Source: Candidatus Saccharimonadota bacterium (GTDB lineage: Archaea; Nanohalarchaeota; Nanosalinia; Nanosalinales; Nanosalinaceae). Taken from it: DNA of 32,000 nt. A model generated the notes under the pieces. The model did no database searches. It was not told where the DNA came from and saw only the letters and a program-made list of their open reading frames with translations. The position numbers were made by a program, and so were the translations under genes. Positions 27,115 through 32,000 of the stretch are shown one piece after another (position 1 is the stretch's first letter; every line of letters starts with the position of its first letter). The DNA is taken from NCBI RefSeq assembly GCF_029232205.1, contig NZ_CP107255.1, positions 180,001-212,000 on the forward strand. Reading direction: 5' to 3'.

Positions 27115-27318
27115 ATGGGTTCAACCAGAAAAATAGAATACGAGAAACTCGTTTCCACCAGACACCAAGAAAAAAGTAGCAGAACGGTCGACATCACCGC
27201 AGCTTACCAGGGCAGACACGAAGAAGTAAGTTGGAAAACGGCGAACCTAATACCTGCCGAAGCTCCAGACCTAATAGAACTACGGTTTCCCGTAAACTGC
27301 TTGGTGCTTCAGCAATAG
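27115..27318 (+). CDS. hypothetical ORF (weak; may be non-coding)
   Basis: 67-aa ORF with element-like composition. It has no recognisable family and no well-spaced promoter, and it contains two ACCTAAT motif copies. Confidence 0.25.
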   Translation: MGSTRKIEYEKLVSTRHQEKSSRTVDITAAYQGRHEEVSWKTANLIPAEAPDLIELRFPVNCLVLQQ

Positions 27319-27385
27319 TATATGGTAAACTGAAATGATGGTTATCATAGCTGGAAGACAATTAATACGGCAGAGGAGAAGAACT

Positions 27386-27526
27386 ATGAGCAAAAAATTA
27401 GCTTTCGGTCTGGCAGTCCTCTTGAGCCTTGGATTTACTTCTATGGCTATGGTCCAGCCTCAGCAAGGACAGATGAATCAGTCGATGATGCAGGAGCATA
27501 TGCAACAGATGCAGCAAATGCAGTAG
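27386..27526 (+). CDS. small secreted Met/Gln-rich peptide (possible Cu(I)-binding 'Mets-motif' protein), terminated by a TAG that is followed by 21 more in-frame Met-rich codons
   Basis: MSKKLAFGLAVLLSLGFTSMAM (signal-peptide-like) followed by VQPQQGQMNQSMMQEHMQQMQQMQ*. A GGAG-containing purine tract lies about 8 nt upstream of the ATG at 27386. After the TAG at 27524..27526 the frame continues RMNRSGMEQGMQDGMMGGVQI to a second TAG at 27590..27592. Confidence 0.5.
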   Translation: MSKKLAFGLAVLLSLGFTSMAMVQPQQGQMNQSMMQEHMQQMQQMQ

Positions 27527-27609
27527 AGAATGAATCGATCCGGAATGGAACAAGGAATGCAAGACGGCATGATGGGAGGAGTGCAGATATAGCCACGAAA
27601 ATCACTTAA

Positions 27610-27615
27610 TTTTTT
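27610..27615 (+). terminator. oligo-T run downstream of the Met-rich ORF
   Basis: aattttttcc with T6 at 27610..27615, 18 nt after the second TAG. Confidence 0.3.
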
Positions 27616-27679
27616 CCTATTTTAGCCATAACCTGTAAGACTAAGAAAATTGTACAGTATAATGATTTAAAGGGATATT

Positions 27680-27943
27680 CTACCCATCGAATTCATCCAA
27701 TATTCTTTCCCCATTTTTTGTAAGTCTCAGGTATTTTGGCTTTCCTTCTGGGTTGATGTGTTCTAGGTAGTCTTCTTCTCGAAGTAGTTCGATATGTTTT
27801 CTTGCGGCAACATGGCTCATGTCAAGTTTATCTGCTATTTCACTTAGATATATTCCGTCCTCCTGTTTTTCCTTTACTATCTGGATTATCTCTCTGCGTG
27901 TGTCTGCGCCTTTTGAAAAGTAGAAAAGTACGGATTCATCCAT
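27680..27943 (-). CDS. winged-helix (ArsR/TrmB-like) transcriptional regulator
   Basis: 87 aa. TRREIIQIV......GIYLSEIADKLDMSHVAARKHIELLREEDYLE....EGKPKYLRLT shows the HTH-plus-wing pattern. It lies 4 nt downstream of the small membrane protein gene. Confidence 0.8.
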   Translation of the reverse strand: MDESVLFYFSKGADTRREIIQIVKEKQEDGIYLSEIADKLDMSHVAARKHIELLREEDYLEHINPEGKPKYLRLTKNGERILDEFDG

Positions 27944-27947
27944 ACCT

Positions 27948-28253
27948 TTATTCCACCTTTTCCCTGATCTTCTTCATCGATGTGTAGAGGCCATAAGAAG
28001 CATAGCTCAGGCTTGCAGCTCCAGCGACCACACCTAATTCAAGAAGAAGATTGTAAATCGGCTCTGGAATTCTAAGAAATACTTGGAGGACTTTCAGCCA
28101 TTCGTGCATTCCAAGACCTATAGCGGCAAGTAGGAAGAATACCCAGTACTTTCCTCTATTGGTTTCTTCCGAGAGTCGGTATGTATAATACACAGCTATT
28201 CCGAATAGAACTGAGGAAAGAATCACCAGAACAAGGCTGACAGTATCTACCAT
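27948..28253 (-). CDS. small 3-TM membrane protein, co-transcribed with the wHTH regulator
   Basis: 101 aa with three hydrophobic segments (VSLVLVILSSVLFGIAVYY, WVFFLLAAIGLGM, LLLELGVVAGAASLSYA). A leaderless-type TATA sits 26-31 nt upstream. Confidence 0.6.
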   Translation of the reverse strand: MVDTVSLVLVILSSVLFGIAVYYTYRLSEETNRGKYWVFFLLAAIGLGMHEWLKVLQVFLRIPEPIYNLLLELGVVAGAASLSYASYGLYTSMKKIREKVE

Positions 28254-28276
28254 AATCCTATTTTGAGAGGTTATCT

Positions 28277-28290
28277 ACAATAAAGTTACC
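28277..28290 (-). promoter_or_regulatory. GGTAAC-TTTATT promoter core for the 28253 operon
   Basis: The reverse complement of 28277..28290 is ggtaactttattgt. The TATA-like tttatt is 26-31 nt from the ATG at 28253. Confidence 0.45.
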
Positions 28291-28313
28291 TGTATGCATA
28301 CCTAATGAAACCC

Positions 28314-28331
28314 TAATGTAACCTTTTAATC
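28314..28331 (+). promoter_or_regulatory. TAATGTAACC + TTTTAATC promoter core for the 28355 gene
   Basis: The exact 10-mer taatgtaacc (28314..28323) abuts ttttaatc (28324..28331), which lies 24-31 nt upstream of the ATG at 28355. Confidence 0.5.
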
Positions 28332-28354
28332 TCTGGAAACTTCAGATAATTTAC

Positions 28355-28861
28355 ATGCATAGAGGTCTGATCAGCGGATTTAAGTCTTCTTTCGACTCTT
28401 TTTGGGCTGCAGTAGCAGTAATCGCTGTCTCAAGTATGTTTTATCTGGTTCTTACCTTGAGTAGTTTTCCAAATTATTCACTGGAGATGTTAAATGCAAG
28501 CATCCTGTATTTGGATGAGGCTTTCTTAGCTCTCAACTGGAATGTCTTCAATACCGCTGGATACGCCGGAATTTTTCTCTCTGTAGTTTACTCAGTGTTT
28601 TCAGGTGTTCTTTTAGTAAACCTTTACCAATCTCTAAAAATCAATGGCATATCTAATATCAAGAAAAGCGGAGGAATGTTCCCAGCCTTCTTGGCCGGAG
28701 GATGTGCAGGTTGCGGAGCAGGAATTCTAGGTTTCTTTGGACTTCTAGGCATAGCCTCAGCATTACCTTTCCAGGGAAACGGTCTGAAAGTCGGGAGCAT
28801 CGCTCTGATGGCGGTAGCAATATCAAGTATCGGCAATCCCGAAAAATGCTCGATAGACTGA
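28355..28861 (+). CDS. 4-TM membrane protein with intramembrane CxxC (GGCAGCGAG)
   Basis: 168 aa with about four hydrophobic segments. The only cysteines are C-A-G-C inside the glycine-rich third segment (FLAGGCAGCGAGILGFFGLLG) and one C-terminal Cys (PEKCSID). I do not recognise the family. Confidence 0.65.
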   Translation: MHRGLISGFKSSFDSFWAAVAVIAVSSMFYLVLTLSSFPNYSLEMLNASILYLDEAFLALNWNVFNTAGYAGIFLSVVYSVFSGVLLVNLYQSLKINGISNIKKSGGMFPAFLAGGCAGCGAGILGFFGLLGIASALPFQGNGLKVGSIALMAVAISSIGNPEKCSID

Positions 28862-28884
28862 GTTAGGAATTTTCACAAAAATAG

Positions 28885-28914
28885 GTAATGTAACCCTATT
28901 GTAACTTATAAAAA
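28885..28914 (+). promoter_or_regulatory. TAATGTAACC ... TGTAAC + TTATAAAAAA promoter core for the DoxX operon
   Basis: The same 10-mer taatgtaacc is at 28885..28894 and a second tgtaac at 28899..28904 abuts ttataaaaaa (28905..28914), 25-34 nt upstream of the GTG at 28939. An inverted ggttaca lies at 28930..28936. Confidence 0.5.
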
Positions 28915-28938
28915 AGACAAAGTTCCATAGGTTACACA

Positions 28939-29358
28939 GTGAGTTTATACCGCGATTTTCAGGACTTCTTAGCACAGTATCCGCTAGACCCCTACACCGT
29001 TTTCCGGACAGGATTAGGCCTAATGATACTTCTATCTGGAATCCATAAACTGGTCGATCCTGTAGTCTGGTCCAGCTACATAGCTCCAACATTCGCCGAC
29101 TTATTGAATCAGATAGATCTCCAGAACTCAGTTTTCATGCAGATCAACGGTGTTTTTGAAATCATTTTCGGCACCAGTATTCTACTCGACAAATACACTA
29201 CAGCAGCGGCAGGGGTCGTCACACTGTCTTTAGCGGGGATTATAGTGAACCTTGGACTGGCAGGAACAGGATATCTCGATATAATAATCAGGGACTTAGG
29301 ACTGCTACTGCTTTCAACAGGAGTAACTTTACAGGCAGTCCGGAGGGAGAAAAAATGA
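28939..29358 (+). CDS. DoxX-family membrane protein
   Basis: 139 aa with 4 TM helices. FRTGLGLMILLSGIHKL and the overall pattern resemble DoxX/DoxD-like proteins. GTG start, and an ATGA overlap with the next gene. Confidence 0.72.
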   Translation: MSLYRDFQDFLAQYPLDPYTVFRTGLGLMILLSGIHKLVDPVVWSSYIAPTFADLLNQIDLQNSVFMQINGVFEIIFGTSILLDKYTTAAAGVVTLSLAGIIVNLGLAGTGYLDIIIRDLGLLLLSTGVTLQAVRREKK

Positions 29359-30452
29359 CCGAAGAAATACAGATTAATCTTGATGTAAGACATGCGATAA
29401 TTGGAGTATTCATACTTGGAATCTTAACCGGCTTCCTGGCAGGATTAGTTACATCAACTCAGCTTTCAGGAGCCGAAAATGTTGCACAACAGCCTTCACA
29501 GGAAAATAATAATCCTTCTCCGCGGCCTACCGGTCAGGCTGATTCAGAAGTAGATATTAGCTTCGAAACAGAAGGGGAGCCTGTGATCGGTCAGGAGGAT
29601 GCACCGGTCACGATCGCTTACTGGGGAGACTACCAGTGTCCTTTCTGTAAACGATTCGAGCAGAGGACATTCCCTCAGCTGAAAAACAACTACATTTCAG
29701 AAGGAAAAGTAAGGTTCGTATTCAAAGACTTCCAGTTCCTCGGTCCGGATTCAAAAACCGCTGGAATAGCCTCTGAATGCGTCTGGAAACAGGTCGGAAA
29801 TTCTAACCCTGATGCCTTCTGGAACTGGCACGCCTCGATGTTCGACAACCAAGACGGAGAAAACAGCGGCTGGGGTAACAAGCAGGACATAACTTCGATG
29901 ACGCAACAAGTTTCAGGAGTAAATGCAGACCAACTTTCAAGCTGCATGGAGAACAACCAGCAGAAGTTCCAAGACGAAATGGATAAAGACAAAAGTGAAG
30001 GACAGTCTGTAGGAGTCACAGGAACACCAGGATTCGTAATATACAAGACAGGTTCAAACTCTGGACAGCAGATTACCGGTGCACAGCCATTCAGCCGGTT
30101 TGAATCAGTTATCAGCCAAGTTCAAAACTCTGATCCAGGAACCGAGACAACAGGAGAAAACGAACAGGTTGACAAGACCATACAAGTCTCAGGGACAGAG
30201 TACAGTTTCTCACCTTCCACAATAAAAGTCGGAAAAGGCCAGACTGTGGAAATAGAATTTAGCAACACAGGCAGTATTCCCCACGACATGAAGATTCCAA
30301 GCCTTGGAACAGGTTCAAAAGTTATACAGCCAGGTCAAACAGACTCCTTCACATTTACAGCACCAAAATCAGGAACCTTCCCTATAAGCTTCGAATGCAG
30401 CCTCCCAGGTCACGCAGCGAACGGGATGAAAGGACAGCTAAAGACAGGTTGA
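29355..30452 (+). CDS. membrane-anchored DsbA-like thiol:disulfide oxidoreductase fused to a C-terminal type-1-copper cupredoxin domain
   Basis: N-terminal TM anchor (AIIGVFILGILTGFLAGLV). Thioredoxin-fold DsbA/BdbD-like domain with WGDYQCPFCKRF active site and cis-Pro loop VGVTGTPGFVI. After a linker comes a cupredoxin with candidate ligands IPHDM ... FECSLPGHAANGM (His, Cys, His, Met). Confidence 0.85.
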   Translation: MTEEIQINLDVRHAIIGVFILGILTGFLAGLVTSTQLSGAENVAQQPSQENNNPSPRPTGQADSEVDISFETEGEPVIGQEDAPVTIAYWGDYQCPFCKRFEQRTFPQLKNNYISEGKVRFVFKDFQFLGPDSKTAGIASECVWKQVGNSNPDAFWNWHASMFDNQDGENSGWGNKQDITSMTQQVSGVNADQLSSCMENNQQKFQDEMDKDKSEGQSVGVTGTPGFVIYKTGSNSGQQITGAQPFSRFESVISQVQNSDPGTETTGENEQVDKTIQVSGTEYSFSPSTIKVGKGQTVEIEFSNTGSIPHDMKIPSLGTGSKVIQPGQTDSFTFTAPKSGTFPISFECSLPGHAANGMKGQLKTG

Positions 30453-30458
30453 GAGATC

Positions 30459-31046
30459 GTGGGGGAATTTGAATGTGACAAGTGCGATAGAGGCTTCAGT
30501 TCCGAGGAGGCGTTGGAGCAGCATAAACAGGACTACGATCACAGCAAGCTGAAGGAATGCTCGAAATGCGGTGAAAAATTCAGATCCAAGGAAAAATACA
30601 GTGAGCACAAGAAAACGCATTGGGGTCCGGTACGAAGACACATCTTCGCTGACCATTATGTTTTAGGAGGACTAGCTCTGATAGGCCTTGTAATCGCGCT
30701 GGGACTGGGCTTAAACGCACTTCCTTCTGGCGGCTCCAGTCAAGAATCCATACCTGAAGATGTAGGCCAGACTGTCAGTATAACCGGAGGAGATTTCTAC
30801 TTCAATCCTTCCACGAGCCGGATAAACGATACAGGCAAGATAAGAGTGAGGTTTACCAATCAGGGAGGTGTTAGTCACAATCTCAGACTGACCGGTATCG
30901 GGAAGGGGACAAGTGTCATCCCGCCAGGCCAATCTGAAGCATTCACCTTCAACGCTTCAAAAGACGGGGAAACACCTATAGCGTTTGAATGCACGCTACC
31001 AGGTCATGCCGAAAGAGGCATGGTAGGAAGATTCACTTCAACATAG
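30459..31046 (+). CDS. two N-terminal classical C2H2 zinc fingers + single TM + extracytoplasmic cupredoxin domain
   Basis: ZF1 CDKC-x12-H-x5-H (FECDKCDRGFSSEEALEQHKQDYDH). ZF2 CSKC-x12-H-x3-H (KECSKCGEKFRSKEKYSEHKKTH). A basic stretch is followed by a TM helix (VLGGLALIGLVIALGLGL). The cupredoxin carries VSHNL ... FECTLPGHAERGM and is a paralog of the C-terminal domain of the previous gene. GTG start. Confidence 0.8.
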   Translation: MGEFECDKCDRGFSSEEALEQHKQDYDHSKLKECSKCGEKFRSKEKYSEHKKTHWGPVRRHIFADHYVLGGLALIGLVIALGLGLNALPSGGSSQESIPEDVGQTVSITGGDFYFNPSTSRINDTGKIRVRFTNQGGVSHNLRLTGIGKGTSVIPPGQSEAFTFNASKDGETPIAFECTLPGHAERGMVGRFTST

Positions 31047-31059
31047 AGGAGAACAAAAC

Positions 31060-31671
31060 ATGGAAGAATGCAAATACTGTGATAAAGAATTCGATAAAAA
31101 GAGGAGAAAGCTTCAGCACGAATTGAAAGAACACGAGGGAGAAATGTCTAGCCATGACAGAGATGGGAAAAAGAGAGAATTAAGCAAGTTGAGAGAGAAG
31201 GATAAGACGGCGAAACAGAAACGGAATAGGAAGATAATCTACAGCGGGATTGGTCTAGTATTGCTAGCTGGCCTGGTTTTCGGAGGCTACCAGGTTTCCC
31301 AATACGCTGATTCTCTACAGCCTGAGAAAGATGCCGATAAAGGAATAGGAACTCCTATTCACTGGCACGCAAATTACCAACTCACAGTCTGCGGAGAAAA
31401 CCAGATCCTCCGAGGAGGACCTACTAGAGCACATACACACGGTCAGAGCCAGTTCCATCTTGAAGGAGTGAGAACAAGCGAGGAACAGGCAACTTTAGAT
31501 GGGATTGTAGATAGTTTGGGCGGCCAACTGGAAAATAATTCAGTGATGGGTCAAACCAGCTGCAACGGAGAACCGGCTGAACTCACAGTTAAGGCGAATG
31601 GCCAGGAACTTGAAAATCCGCTGACTTACATCCCTAGGGATGGCGATAACATAGTAATCAGGTTAGAATGA
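31060..31671 (+). CDS. N-terminal C2H2 zinc finger + single TM + extracytoplasmic His/Cys-rich domain
   Basis: CKYC-x12-H-x4-H (ECKYCDKEFDKKRRKLQHELKEH), a long Lys/Arg-rich linker and a TM helix (IYSGIGLVLLAGLVFGGY). The outside domain has IHWHANYQLTVCGE, RAHTHGQSQFHLEG, a second Cys (TSCNGEP) and a tail LTVKANGQEL..P..YIPRDGDNIVIRLE. Confidence 0.7.
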   Translation: MEECKYCDKEFDKKRRKLQHELKEHEGEMSSHDRDGKKRELSKLREKDKTAKQKRNRKIIYSGIGLVLLAGLVFGGYQVSQYADSLQPEKDADKGIGTPIHWHANYQLTVCGENQILRGGPTRAHTHGQSQFHLEGVRTSEEQATLDGIVDSLGGQLENNSVMGQTSCNGEPAELTVKANGQELENPLTYIPRDGDNIVIRLE

Positions 31672-32000
31672 TAGAGAAACTTCTCAACTTCCTCTGGAAA
31701 TACATCGCAGGACCTATAATAGCAGATGCAAAAAACGCCGAAACCGCTGTATGGAACGGAGTGACCGCTCAAACTGGCTACAACCTTTTCAACACCGTAA
31801 CATGGGCGGTACTTGCAGCGTTCTTCGGCTACTTTATTTACAGGGAATTCGACCGGAGGGATATCAGTTTCACTCCGGAAACAGTTGTAGCCTCGGTACC
31901 TTTCATCCTGATTGGCGGGATGCTCCGATTTATCGAAGACGCCGGGGTTCTTGTATTCTTCCTCAGGCCTTTCCTGATAACCCCGATAATCTACTTCGTG
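31668..32000 (+). CDS. DUF63-like archaeal membrane protein (5' part; runs off the window)
   Basis: ATGA overlap with the upstream stop. The frame is open for 111 codons to the window end: MIEKLLNFLWKYIAGPIIADA...YNLFNTVTWAVLAAFFGYFIY...VVASVPFILIGGMLRFIEDAGVL...LRPFLITPIIYF resembles the DUF63 pattern as I recall it. Confidence 0.5.
   Translation, partial: MIEKLLNFLWKYIAGPIIADAKNAETAVWNGVTAQTGYNLFNTVTWAVLAAFFGYFIYREFDRRDISFTPETVVASVPFILIGGMLRFIEDAGVLVFFLRPFLITPIIYFV

Larger units (their letters stand above)
25048..27330. mobile_element. integrase + RHH module of a putative integrated element; true boundaries unknown and the element may extend to or beyond 32000
   Basis: Tyrosine recombinase gene, small RHH-like gene, an abrupt change in oligonucleotide signature (no GGCC from 25048 to 27988 against about one per 100 nt in the backbone) and an A-rich, T-poor coding strand. 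I found no flanking direct repeats or tRNA target. Confidence 0.5.

Noticed and set aside
27335-27385. Upstream start (27335) for the Met/Gln-rich ORF
   Set aside because: It would place 17 residues (MMVIIAGRQLIRQRRRT) before an otherwise canonical signal peptide. The ATG at 27386 has a purine-rich GGAG tract at proper spacing.
27524-27526. The in-frame TAG as a pyrrolysine codon
   Set aside because: No pyl genes or PYLIS-like context are visible in the window, and other genes here (for example the 9756..10124 ORF) appear to terminate normally at TAG. A nonsense mutation or simple read-through is more parsimonious. I kept it only as an open question in the findings.
1-32000. CRISPR arrays, rRNA genes, long tandem repeats
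   Set aside because: No regularly spaced direct repeats and no rRNA-like conserved blocks were seen in any intergenic region. All intergenic spacers are 262 nt or shorter (the longest is 24929..25190).

Overview
Archaeal chromosomal fragment. It carries eL39, eL31, eS19, aIF6, aTrm56 and RNase P Rpp21, and the proteins are strongly acidic. This suggests a halophile, plausibly a small-genome Nanohaloarchaeota/DPANN-like lineage (inference only). I found no rRNA, tRNA or CRISPR array. From 1 to 25 kb the window holds tightly packed housekeeping genes: partial PEP synthase; the conserved eS19 / PDCD5-like / eL39 / eL31 / aIF6 cluster; an M29 aminopeptidase; a bacterial-type ThrRS; four tRNA-maturation genes (aTrm56, RNase Z, Trm11-like, Rpp21) interleaved with envelope genes (three GT4 glycosyltransferases, two tandem flippase-like membrane proteins, a large DUF2070-like membrane protein); a SufT/DUF59 protein; an HD hydrolase; PepF; a NUDIX hydrolase; an alkaline-phosphatase-superfamily protein; and a P2-type cation ATPase. 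At about 25.05 kb the sequence signature changes abruptly. The tetramer GGCC occurs roughly once per 100 nt in the backbone and is absent for about 2.9 kb. That tract starts with four perfect stem-loops and encodes a tyrosine integrase with a C-terminal zinc ribbon plus a small RHH-like protein, so it looks like an integrated-element module. The most interesting region is 27.4-32 kb, an accessory island that appears to encode an undescribed extracytoplasmic copper / thiol-redox system. It contains a Met/Gln-rich secreted peptide interrupted by an in-frame TAG, a divergent wHTH regulator with a small membrane protein, a 4-TM protein with an intramembrane CxxC, DoxX, a membrane-anchored DsbA-cupredoxin fusion, and two proteins with classical C2H2 zinc fingers joined by one TM helix to an outside cupredoxin or His/Cys-rich domain. 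It ends in a DUF63-like membrane protein that runs off the window. Three promoters in this island share a GTAAC-TATA core placed for leaderless transcripts.
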